64,000 bases of DNA from the NCBI GenBank assembly GCA_030141605.1, contig JAQGDQ010000138.1:62001-126000 (forward strand), written 5' to 3'. This DNA is from Tubiluchus corallicola. Its lineage: Eukaryota > Animalia > Priapulida. Both the position numbers and the translations under genes were made by a program. Below the pieces are notes generated by a model. It saw nothing but the letters and a program-made list of their open reading frames with translations. It was not told the DNA's origin and made no database searches. This document shows positions 36,909-64,000 of the stretch, piece after piece (position 1 is the first letter of the stretch; every line of letters begins with the position of its first letter).

Positions 36909-38186
36909 CATGTGTACATATATAAACGACACAAGAGATGTAGATTTTACATTTAAAAACAATTTTTTGGTCTTTTAACAGGAGACATCATCTGTTGTTG
37001 ATAACAAGATATTGTAAGTATTTCCTAAAGATCTTGCTGTCAACATCAAATGATGACGGGGTTATGGAAGTCGATGTCGAATTATGGGGTTCATGTTTTT
37101 TAAATACAATATCTACATTCTACATCTGTTTATATAATTATTTGTATACCCAAATCGAAGTAGTGAAACTTTTTGAAATGCATCTGCCATGGATGTGCGT
37201 ATAGTAGTACTATTAGTAGCAATGCTGAAACAATGTAGGTCTACTGTAGTAAATAATATAAGGAATCATACAGCCACTGCTCTCCCAATAAGTCAGAAAA
37301 TAACAACACTACATTTACACACCTTTCTTTCCAGGAGATCCAGGAAGTCCAGGAAGCCCCTTAAAGCCTTTTACTCCTGGATCACCTTTCGGTCCTTGTG
37401 GGCCGCCAGATCCAGGTGGACAATCACACACTGAAAAAAGAATTGCTTTTATATTATCTAACTATAAACACCAGACTAATACTTTTACGATTATTATGCT
37501 AATGATGCTTGCTGGTGTCATTATCACAATAGCTGTTGCTGTTGTTGCCACTATTGCCCTTATCCGTTATTTGAACACCCCTTTTATCACACCACGGATT
37601 AAAGTCGTAAAACTGCTCCCTCGTAGACGCTCACAGAAGCATAGCCTTCCATTCAAACATGTCGTTACAAAAAATCTTAGGTCACCCACCCCTAGTAATC
37701 TGGGAGATCAGCGTTTCCAAGTTAAGCATTAGACAGGAGAATTAATTTAGTTCTTTTCAAATTTCAAACTTACTGGATTCTGAATTAAGTAAATTCAGTT
37801 AAAGTGTACATTTATTGCTTAGCATTTATAGCGTACATGTAGATGCAAGTCCCTTTACATATGAAACTTTGTAAAAGGGACTTGCAAAAGTTATTGTTAA
37901 AACTTGTATAATTACCCTCTTCTTCTTCCTCTTCTTCTGCTTCCTCTTCTTCGTCTTCTTCTTCCGCTTCCTCTTCTTCTTCTTCTGCTTCCTCTTCTTC
38001 TTCGTCTTCTTCTTCTTCTGCTTCCTCTTCTTCTCCTTCTTCTTCTTCGTCTTCCTCTTCTGTTTCCTCTTCTTCTTCTTCTGCTTCCCCTTCTTCTTCT
38101 TCAGGATCTTGAGCTAGCATAGAAGTCGTTGTCCATATTAATAAACATACTGTGAACGTCAAGTGCAACCTTATTTTCAGCGACAT
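32296..38186 (-). CDS. Secreted poly-Glu / short-collagen / Gly-Tyr-tail protein, 3 coding exons (38186-37916, 37430-37323, 32441-32296), about 174 aa
   Basis: All junctions GT-AG and phase 1. Product: MSLKIRLHLTFTVCLLIWTTTSMLA (signal-peptide-like), QDP plus Glu tract, VCDCPP(GXY)11, KLIVHYIDSPGYNTERRKKQAKGGGYGTREGLGGPTFGNQGGYGW*. Linkage of exon 3 is inferred from phase and composition. Confidence 0.7.
33844..34181 (+). mobile_element. Possible solo LTR inserted in the LINE
   Basis: TGT...ACA ends, internal TATAAAA at about 33955, AATAAA at 34154; flanks atttc/attta (4/5 TSD match). Confidence 0.45.
34461..35145. mobile_element. Tc1/mariner-pogo type MITE with TA TSD
   Basis: TA|cagtaggcgccgcttaa ... 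ttaagcggcgcatactg|TA (17-bp TIR, 1 mismatch). Removing it rejoins the LINE frame SSTFT-ITNGV. Subterminal taattgactcaa repeats. Confidence 0.85.
36779..36925. repeat. (TA)n microsatellite cluster
   Basis: Two TA runs with degenerate TA/CA sequence between them. Confidence 0.9.
37323..37430 (-). CDS. Exon 2 of acidic short collagen: CDCPP plus Gly-X-Y
   Basis: 108-nt exon, acceptor ttcttttttcag, donor gtgtgt; GSG GPQ GPK GDP GVK GFK GLP GLP GSP GKK. Confidence 0.85.
37916..38186 (-). CDS. Exon 1 of acidic short collagen: signal peptide plus poly-Glu
   Basis: Acceptor tttatacttttag directly before gATG; donor gtaat at 37915; 271 nt. Confidence 0.75.
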
Positions 38187-40070
38187 CCTAAAAGTATAAA
38201 GCAAATGCACGACCGATCGAACATGAAAACAAACACATTTGTTTTTTTTTCAATTTTGTTTTTCTTCACTAATTAATGTGGTCAGTTAGTGTATAAACAA
38301 TCCAGGCAATATTTTTAGTATTGTTTCTTTTACATACATTCGCTCTGCGCCTAACACCTACATTGTTGATACACTTGTATCAGACATTTTCTATTTTGTT
38401 AGACCACTATAAATAAAGTTAATGTCTAAACTAATATATAGAAACCGACTGCAATTTATATTTTTGGCGGCGGCAGTTTTCGTCTATCTCTTTTTATATT
38501 TTATTTTTGTAATCTAGGTGTGTAGGACCCCAAGTAGCGGGATTCTTGGATTAGTTACATGAGCACGAAACGTGAAGGGTGGCACGTTACCCAATGGTCA
38601 GTGGATAATGGAAATTACATTGTTCTAACTTCGTTTCCTGCGTGACATGTGAAACGTCAAAATGTGAAACTTGAAAAAGTGGCTTCTATGGCAGAGCAGC
38701 CTATGAGGATAATCCTTTGAAATGAAGCACTGGTCCAAAAGAGGTGTTAACCATGTAAGGATGCATAATATGTCCTTCTCAACAAGAAAAATAACGAGGA
38801 ACTAAGCTGCTGAAGTGACAGATTGAAAGAGCGTGAAGAAGGAAAGAAAGAGAGGGCGAAAACGAGCGTGAAGAGAAAAAAGAACAAAAAGAAAAGAGTG
38901 ATTTCTTAAAAACTTTCTTTTAGGACCTACTCTAATTTCTACATTTGGTATAGAGCTACATTTTCTAACCTCAAAAAGGTTAATGTTGATCGTAAACCTG
39001 CTTGTGTATAAGTAGAAGAACAGTTACACTCAGTGGCATAGCTAATGGGGAGCAAGGGAAGCAACCGCTCCCACGAGTACATTTTCAAAGAACTTTTCAA
39101 CAGTTTTTTAGTTCTTTAGTTGTACGATAAAAGTCGAATCTTTTTTTATTTTTTATAATCGGTGAATGTTAGTATCATTTGTTACAAAGAAGTGACACAG
39201 ACACAAAAAATTATAGCTGCATGGTTTTTCTATTGCACACAAATTACGTAGTGAGATAGTTACGCAGTCAAATATGTTTTTATGAACGTTAATTGCATAC
39301 TGTGCCAAATCAAAAACAATAAGTTATGAGCTTAAATACGCACCTTTCTCTCTATACGTGACGACGGCGACGTGCTTTGAGACTGCCGAGTAATTGCTCA
39401 ACCAACGAACAACTAAAGATTGTTTTTTCCGTACGTTTTGGTAATTTAGAGCAAAATTCCAACATTGCCCTAAGTCACAAAAAATTTGGCTCAGTTCAAT
39501 TCAGTATGTCAATGCGGACATTCGCGATGTTTCATTGTTTTTAAATCACATTACTCACCTTTTACCGTCTGTAATTAAGATCACGTTTAAAACAAGACTC
39601 ATTGCTGACCTCATTTGCTAATTTGTTCATTAGTATGACTCCTAACCGCTTCTTGAAGCTCACGAGGAAAGTAAAATATACGGCCACACTAATATGTTCT
39701 GGACTCTTAAAACGGGGAACCACATCTGTGTTTATAATTGGCTCAATTCCAATTGTGCCACAATTCGTCCAACATTGGAAGGCATTACTAACCTCTTTAT
39801 TTATTATCTAAACTAACCTTGCGCCCCTCTTGTACAGTTTTTTTTATATTGTGTACACAGTTTTATATTCTGAATCACTTTTTTGTTTTATATGGTACTT
39901 TATGCATTGATTTAAACCTAAAATAAAATAAAAATCAAAAAATAAAATAAACTTCGTCTTCTCTCTGATATTTCTGTTCTTTCGCTCTGACAAAACTGTT
40001 TACCGAATTGGAAACACGAGCTTTTAACTTCAGAATTTTAACCTTTTGAAAAGTTGCCTCAAGTGAAAAC

Positions 40071-40470
40071 AATAAGCCTTTTTGAAGTTTCGTTACGCGC
40101 AGTTGCTGCAAGTCAAATCATAAAGTGTATCACAACAATGCGTCTTAACTACAACCGTCACGTAACATTTGGGTAAAGCAAAGCTGTCTGCCGCATCGGT
40201 TCAGTAACTTCAGTTGATTTACATGGACTTTACTTATGCATTCGTCTGTGCGAAGAGTGATTTACTAGCAAGATCCTGCTTGGGAACAAAAAAATGAACT
40301 ATGTAAGGTGTTGAAAACTGTTACTATTACAATAGCTTGGACTGCGAGGCATTGTCAAGTGTACCAAAATGCGTTGTCTGGTACACTTCACACCTTTGAC
40401 TTTTTCACGATCATCATCAATCGCTGGAACTGTGAAAAGGTTCATTGACAAAAAATGACAAAAATCGCTC
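40071..40470 (+). repeat. Dispersed repeat, inverted copy at 48885-49297
   Basis: aaaactgttactattacaatagcttgg...gaggcattgtcaagtgta at 40314 is the reverse complement of tacacttgacaatgcctc...ccaagctattgtaatagtaacagtttt at 48988; similarity extends about 400 bp. Confidence 0.85.
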
Positions 40471-43400
40471 AGATAGTCTACAGATATATACATTTCTACT
40501 AATTATTGGGAGCTATCTTTACCCACCTAATTCTTGAAATCATTTGTAGTGAATTAGAAGCACTAGCTATGAAAAGCTCCAGAGTTTTAAATACTAGTTA
40601 GTTAAAAAAACTAAGATTGACACTGAAAATCGCGGAATTTATTGTGGCAGCTTCTGTTGAATGTCCCAATGTTCATTCGCCCGATTTTCGGGTGGATCCA
40701 ATCATTTGATGCAAAAATACAAGAGAAAAAGAGTAAAGATTAAAGAGAAAAACACATGAGAAAAACAATCTGAATTAAACACTATTCACACAGTTATACC
40801 TGCGGGATTGCGATTAAAGAAGGCGAGATTCTCATCACATGACAAACTGTATGAACTGAAAAAAAATTATTGTCCATTTTAATAATTTGTAAAAAAAATC
40901 TTCCAGGAAAACATTGTTTTAGCTTATTTAATATCTAATCAGCTTAATCTGCAATGACTATTATCAAACTCCTCTTAAGACAATGACTATTACAGTACTT
41001 GTACAGAACAGCTAGTACATTACAGTACAATGTACCTTGAACATGTTGAAGGATATATTCATGTGTTCATGACTTGCTTTCTGCACAATAGAACCAAGAT
41101 CTACTGTAACTGCCTCGTTTTTTTCCAATGACTTCTGAGCATTAACTTTCAGACCTTTTGTACTTTTTTCCTGGTGTGTGTCACTAGACTAGCTTTTAAC
41201 TACCAATGAAAATGAAGTGAAATATCTTGCATGTAAACTACTCCAACTTTAATACTTGTGTACTTAAATCTTGAAGACAAAAATCGTACATTATCACCAC
41301 AACTGATAAGACGAACAACAAAAAATATAATGACCAATAAAATCTATTTACATGATTTAGAACAAGATACATAAATTAAATTTGGTAAAATATTTGTCTG
41401 TTCAACACCAACGTACATTTCATACATTAAACAGAGATCACACGCACAAGTGTCGGTGATAGATGACAAAAGAAATAAAATAATCTACACCTATACAATT
41501 CTCATTCTTAATAGAAATTATTAAGCTAATAAAATGATCTACACATTCCCAATTTTAATAGCATTTTTAAACATTCAGTGAATCTTGCCAGAAAGATGAG
41601 TACTGTACAATGTTGTGCATTCAAATAGTTTAGTTTCTACTATCTGACAAATTTCATTTATCCCTATTAAACACAAACACTATGAGATTCAACTACAACA
41701 TGTCAAAGTAATGAAAGAAATAGCACTCTAAGTACAAAACGTAATACTGAAATCTTGCTGTAACAACGAGAAATTTTACCTCATACACCAATTGACCTAG
41801 TTCGTCTTCAAACTTAACAAAAACTGTATGCAACCCAATTAATTTTTGTACAAAATTGAGTGTTTTCACTTACAACATATTCTGAATACCAAACTTAAAT
41901 ACAAATGGTCTACATAAAGGAATTTAACTGTTGTTTGCCAAAAACAAACAAGGTGTATGGGCAGTTTTTGAATGTATCAGAATGTTGCATGAACAGCCTT
42001 AGAATCCAACAAAATATAATTAATATAAAAACTTCCACATTGGTCCTTGCATATTTATGCCTTAAAATCGACTTGTCGTTGAATACCTAAATGTGTACCA
42101 AAGTAAAAACTATTAATTACAATCTATAATTAATAGTTACAAAATTACAAATTTAAGCCTGTTATATATTATACAAGCCACACAAAAAAATTTTGAACTT
42201 CATCCATGCTAAAAATAAGACAACAGTTTATACACAAGGAAATCAAAAGGGAGGGATTGTCAAACCCTAATACCTAACATGCAAAAACTTCGATTATAAA
42301 TCTACACATCTTGACTATATTGTTTTTTATTCTTTCTTTTGCAGTCGTTGGCATACGGTGCACCTTCTCATTCGACTTTATAATAAATAAGGCTCTGCTT
42401 TATACAACAACAATCTTTGGTATGAGCATATATCTTAACAAAAGCATTGTGCATTTGCCAACATTGTGACTAGCTTTAACAGTGGTGACCAGCAGAATGA
42501 AAATAATAAACGCATTTCTGTTATATAGTATCTGCGTAATTGCTTAAAAAAACACACTATAACGTCAAAAGGTTATTCTAAAAGGAAAGGGTTCACGTTT
42601 GCATGTCTGATAACAAGAGCGAAAGAGAACCAACCACAAGTTGTATCAGTGGCGTTGTATCACGGGATAATGCGTATAGTTCATACACAATATTGCAACA
42701 CATGATTCGCAATTACTATTCTAACTTCCTTAGTATTGGGTTGATTAAATTTTCATTCCCGAACATAAGAACAGTTTGCTAAAATCAAAGATTTCACTGT
42801 TTAATCCATCACCACAATATGGAAATAGCATTATTAGGCCCAAAAGTGAACAAAGAGCATGAGAAACAGTTTACAAAATTTAAAAGTGAACACACTATAC
42901 ATGTCAATCATGCAGCTAAAGGCTGTGCATAATTATTTTCTGTACAATTTTACATAACAAATCTACTTCTATATCATCATTGCGACTCTCCCCAACTTAG
43001 ACTTGCCCCATTGTGTAGGGCTTCTAAACCATAAAAAAGATAAACACAATGCAGTTAAGTGTGTTCATTCAGTTCAGAATCATAAACACAGTAGCTCCAA
43101 ACTCTACAATGAATTAAAAGCACTACTATAATTTCCTGCATAGGGTAGCAAATGATGCGCTGCATATCACACATTTCATCTAAGATACTAAGGTGACAGT
43201 ATAGCATACCATAAAAACTAACACTAGACAAATTAAAAAAATTATAGAACATTTAGCTAACCCAAAAATTTGACAGAGAACTGTTTTGACGACAATTCAG
43301 TTTGTAGTGCTGTACACCAGTAATACTATTAGTAGGTAATGCTTAACTGCATTACTGGAAGCATTATTCAAAACTTATATGTTGATCAGAAATTTCAAAA

Positions 43401-44882
43401 AATCAACGAGTACATCTCCAGCACATTTTGTAGCTATTGGCAAGTACGATTATGAAACTAGACTGATAATACTGGTTTGAAATATGCACACCAGTGTCAC
43501 ATTAATTATATGTAAGTACAATAATTCAGTTCCTAGCTATAGTAGTGAATAATGAAAATGTTCTTTGATTACACTCTGAAGATAATGAAAGGTACAGAAC
43601 CTTCATACTTTCTTTAAAATTGCTGTAAAGCCTTAGAGAATATTTAGTAAGTACTGTCATGAGAAAAAATAAAGTGCTAGTAAATAGAAAACGTGACTGT
43701 ATAAAAACTTATAGAATGTCTATGCACATTCTTACATATATTATGATGAACATCATCATGACAGGAGCCCTATCATCCCTCATGACAACGTTGTTAAAGT
43801 AAAATGTTTGTGACTGATCATAATTTAACTTGTCTGCATATGTAGTGTATCGCAACTAATTTCTTGCACCTATTATGTCATATTTCCAATTGTTCTTTTT
43901 ACTTTCAATGACTTATGATGGTGGATTGACAACAACTGGGCTGCTGTGTAGATCACCAATTAAATTACTAAGAAGTGCATCAAAAAATTGTAGGACAAAA
44001 AAGTTAAAACAACCCATTACCTCAATTGCCACATTGCTTAATAGCTTATCAAACAACAGACATTTTAATTTTGCCATATCCAAAATGCCCATTACGAATC
44101 CTCCTGCTTACTAGTCCTTCGAAAAACTATGTGCCACAGCTTTGCAGAACACGGATTTTCTTTAACTGCCTTGAGCTACTGCTGGCAATGATGACAATGA
44201 TATCGCCATTCACTTTTCATTTCAACATTTTAACAGAAATTTTAGACTTCTCAAAAAGACACTGTATTATGTACCCATGCAGATTAATCAGAACAGTAAG
44301 AAAATTTGAGCAAATCAAAAATATTAACATTATGAAAAATCTATATAGAATAGTACATGTAGATGATAAAGATGACACATCATTTGACTCGTCCACATTC
44401 ATCGCGCATCCCAGCAATTAGTAATGATCATACGTTAAATAAAAGATTCGAATTTCTCCCCTCTCTTCAAAGAGCTTCATTAATTAGTGAAATTACACAA
44501 TCAGTGTAAGGGTCTTTCAGAATCACAGTGATCACACAATATTCACTAGCACAAGCATGATTAGAAATGCGTACCTTCATTCACTATTGACTAGTTTTTT
44601 AGCCGCACAATCACATAAGCAGTCCCAATACTTTATATAATGCCTACATTGGCAGATTGATTACTTTAAGTTAAACTTGTCCCCACCATCTTTCTTTACT
44701 TGTATTGTATTTTACAAATTCTGGTACCTAACAAAGTTCTTCAGCTGCAGCCACAACAGCAATGTTCGAAATGGTTACCTGGTCCATGTTTGTTAAAGTT
44801 CACAGTTGCCATAATAATGGTCAATAAATGCTGGCAAATGTCCTCTTGCTTGCAACAGTGCAATCTACAGCGCACATGTTCG

Positions 44883-60206
<15,324 letters not shown>

Positions 60207-62924
60207 CTGCAACACAAATTTAGTTCAAAATCAGTATTTCCACAGGGACAGAAATGATTAAAACACTGCAAAGTAAGTACAAAACATTAAGTAAATATTC
60301 AGTTAAACAAGTACAACAAGCTTTAAGGCTTAAAATCGTATCTCTTGCTTTTGCAGACCAAAATGTAAGCAGGCACACGTTCACAATATTACTGTCACTT
60401 ATATATATTGCACAGTACTGAATTTTGCACAATTGTACTGAGTGTCTGAATTCATTACTCAATTTTTTAAAGACTTCAAATAGCAGAAAAGTGGCTAAAT
60501 AGTCTACAAAGCAGTTATTAATTATGTGTTTCTGTTTATGCAGTATAAAATGTGTTGCAAAAATACTTTACTACGCTGAATACTACAGCAATTATTCAGC
60601 CGTTAAATATTTCGTGCAAACAAATATTGCTGTGAAAGTTGTCACTTATGGTATTTTTGCATAGGCACACAAATACCTAAGTGTGGTCATCACGTCCTCG
60701 TTAATTAAAACATGTTGTTGATTAAATCTATAACGCTCGCTGGAAGGCAGAAGACCGGATTGTGCGCTCAGTATCAGAGTGAACATTATATGCATTATAA
60801 GGGCAATACTAGAAACTCCAGCAGTCTCAGGAGCTACAATGGTTTAGCTACAACTGAGTATTCCAAATTATTGATACATGGAAACATTTATTACCTAATA
60901 CTGTATAATCAATTTTAGAGGCATCAAAATTATAGGAACACGTTATTATGCGTTTCGATGAACACACTGTGTTCTGTTTAGAAGAAAATGAACTTATTGT
61001 ATTTCTGGTTTAGGTAACATAAAATTTGCTGTAGGAGATGCTGATAGATCATCGTCTTAAAGCATTTCCAGGAGATCCTGTACAAATTGTACAATCTTGC
61101 TAGGTGACCTTTCATGTGACGAAATAACCAAGGTTTAGTGTGTAAAAACGTTTTGAAAAGATTAGGACACATATTAATTATTCCAACAAAACTACGAGTT
61201 CTAGATTCTAAAGAAAATCCCAATGGGGACCAGGAGAGGATGCAAAGGCCTATAAGAATAGACTGCTCTGCCCCAAACAAAAGTGAATTTTAGGCTGCAT
61301 CACCAGTCACTGGTATTTATTTACTTATTTTTACAACACCATCAATAGGTGGCCTGCTGACCAAGATTAAAGAGCTTCGCTTAACTATATATAAGGCCGT
61401 CGTTTCTCATTCAGGCGAAATCGTGAGAAAAACTGCTTAGGTAACCAGAAGAGACTTACAATAATTGTGACATTCAGATACGGCACTGCTGACTTAAACA
61501 TTATATAGATACAACTTGTAGCGAGAGCCTCTCGTGGCTCTTAAGATATTCAGTGTACATGTACGCGAATTTCCACGAATAATTTACTTACATTTTAATA
61601 TAAAATATTAAATATAGGAAAATTATTTGAGCTGAACCGAAATTGTGCAATGTATACAGATTTTAATACGACTTATAAATTTGGTAAACCCCGTATTTTG
61701 CCTCACAGTGCAGTCTTTTGCCTTTCTAATTTGCTGATTGTTAAGTGTGTTGCACAGTTACATTCAACGCTAGGCAATCCAATTTTGGCGACTTCCGTAG
61801 CCGTAAACCTGACCTGTTAGTGATCTGAAGCATTATCCTACAATAAAGTCATTAGAATGTCATAGAAATCAATAATTAAGCTGGTTCACTTATTAAATGC
61901 ATTTTACATTAAAATAGATGCAACTGTACACTTAGCTGTGAGACAACGGACACTAAATTTATCAGTTCTCAAAAGACGTTTGTCTTCTGAGGGACGAATA
62001 TCAGCATGATACAGCAAAACACATTATAATGTACAATCACCTTTTTTCATAAACAAATCAATTAAAAATGGTGCTAATTTCGAACTCATTAAGAAGCAAA
62101 CAAAAAGCCAAAAATGTACAGCATCGGCCTTAGTGCGGTAACAAGAAGAAATCAATCAAAAGTAATCAAGACATCTAAAGGGCTTTAACATAATTCTGTT
62201 ATGCCTTCAAGGAAGGGGTTATACGGAAATAATGACGTCACAGCGCAGGAACTGAAAATACGAAAGGAAACCGCAACCAAGCCGCCAGCCAACGAGTTAG
62301 CTGTGTTAATGCCAGAACTCCATGTTTCACGATCTGAGAAAATAACCATTGAATTATATATAAAATGGCTTCAGAGTTAATGGGGCATAATGGTGGCAAG
62401 GAATAATAGTCTCTGGATACAGCATTCAAGCTGTCCTCTACCGACATACACTGGCACATGTGTCGTGTTTGCGAGTGCTGCTACATTACTGCCAGTTCTT
62501 TATCTCAAAAAGGTGAAGAATAGATTAAACGTCAAAGTAGCTACTGCCTGAAGCTAATTTCGGGAATAGATGATTACGACCAGTTAATATACTTTTCACA
62601 GCTGTGACTGAAACATTGATATGTTGGGCACCTGCGTTACCAGAATAATTAACAAATGAAATGAATACAATCTTCGCGCACGAACTGAGTAAACAGAATT
62701 TAGTAAAAAATGTTTACAGAATTCTGTTGATACGGAACTAGTAAAGAGGCACTATAAGAAAACTGTTCGCATGTTCTAGTGAAAAAAAGTTACATCAAAT
62801 TTTACTAGCGGTTCCTCCATTTTATTAGCTGTTCGGTTGGTTCATCCCCACGTGCGTCACTTTTGTGCACTTCTGAGTAAAGGAGGGAACAGAATTTTTA
62901 CTAGTGAACGCTTTTGACAATGTC

Positions 62925-63475
62925 AAAAACTGTTGTAAGATTCTACTCTGCGACAGAAGATGCTTTTTAGTGATGGGCTTTTGCTTCGTATTTGCAAGTA
63001 CAAAATGATTTTCAAAATAATTAAGAATATGTACAACAAGTACGTTTCTGTTTGATATTAATAGTTTAAATGAAATCAGAACTTGTCACTTTTTGACCCG
63101 TGACCCTCGGGTAAAGTACAACATTGAGTTAGTCTTACCAAGACAATCTATTTAATGAGCTACAAGATACTAAAATTGGAGCTTATCAACCAACGTGGGC
63201 GTGATTCATACCACGCAATTCGTCTCTTTGACACCTTTCATTTGATATACTATAAGCCACTATTACTCCACAGGGGAAGCATTGGTGTCACGACCAGCGC
63301 CCCCCCCCCCCCGGAATGAATTTGCTTTTTGCGCTCTATCAAAAAGCTTTCCATATTGTGACTCCAGCTTATCGAAAAACAGTCACCACCCACTGTGCGT
63401 GCATGCGTATGTGTGTGCGAGCTATTAACAAAACAAAAGGACCAATAAATAAAAACCATGACGGGGTGTAAACCA
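62925..63475 (+). mobile_element. Second copy of the 21040-21915 repeat
   Basis: Shared ends as described; internal segment differs. Confidence 0.7.
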
Positions 63476-63590
63476 AGAAGATTCAGCTGTGAAACAGATC
63501 CTTAATTAGTGTCGTCCGGGCAAGAAATTCGGGTGTGTAAATGAATCAATGATCTGTGATCAGTGAAGCCAGACAACGTGTGTCACTTAA

Positions 63591-64000
63591 ATGACAAGAA
63601 AAGGGGCACCTGAAGAAGGTTTCAGAAAAATTGCCTTAAAAAATTATACTACTTTACAGGAATTTTGATGCACATATCGTATTCGTGTTGAAAGGAATTT
63701 TCGTCTGTTTTCATTTTAAATCTCCCGCAATACTGTTCCGACGGCGCCATTACAAGACGTCACTAAAATACGTAAATCAGGCGAAGAAAAGGCAATGTTA
63801 AATTATGACCCAAAAAACTTTCCGTGCAAATCTATATTACTTAGCACTTACCTGCTGGAAACACTTATGTAACTAGACTAATCATTTAAAATGTTTGTGC
63901 CAGTTGGTAAAATGTCGCTGACTCACACTCCAGGGTGCGTCACTCACTAGCCAAAAACGTATTTTTAATCTTATTGACAAGATACAGTAATTTAAAATTT
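63591..64000 (+). mobile_element. Second copy of the TTAA (Kolobok-like) element, cut off by the window end
   Basis: TTAA|atgacaagaaaagggg...; colinear with 18228-18640. Confidence 0.8.

Noticed and set aside
39031-39075. hAT-like 5' terminus cagtggcatagcta
   Set aside because: No matching opposite terminus or TSD found, so no element could be delimited.
62238-62459. ORF containing SRDYYSL, resembling the GRK N-terminal ERDY.SL exon
   Set aside because: The expected following QPIGRLLFRQFC-type motif is absent and no fitting splice sites were found; the true exon is probably beyond the window.

Overview
AT-rich eukaryotic (metazoan invertebrate, probably lophotrochozoan) genomic window; the ORF track is mostly noise because the real genes are spliced. 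Hand-built gene models: (1) minus-strand 3-coding-exon TMEM221/Jiraiya-like membrane protein (6307-11232) with a long N-terminal extension and a C-terminal STLV; (2) two tandem plus-strand class A 7TM receptors (23766-24692, 26522-27577) with FRC in place of DRY, a patchwork of identity suggesting gene conversion, and different C-tails; (3) a minus-strand 3-exon secreted protein of about 174 aa (32296-38186) not visible as a single ORF: signal peptide, about 64-residue poly-Glu tract, CDC plus 11 Gly-X-Y collagen triplets, RRKK site, Gly/Tyr-rich tail; (4) the last 12 coding exons of a GRK4/5/6-subfamily kinase on the minus strand (44883-60206, 5' exons outside the window) with a candidate 27-nt cassette microexon. 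The rest is decayed LINEs, tRNA-derived SINEs, non-autonomous DNA transposons (TTAA-, TA- and 8-bp-TSD types), a foldback-like element, a possible solo LTR and microsatellites. All models come from reading the sequence by eye; no searches were run.
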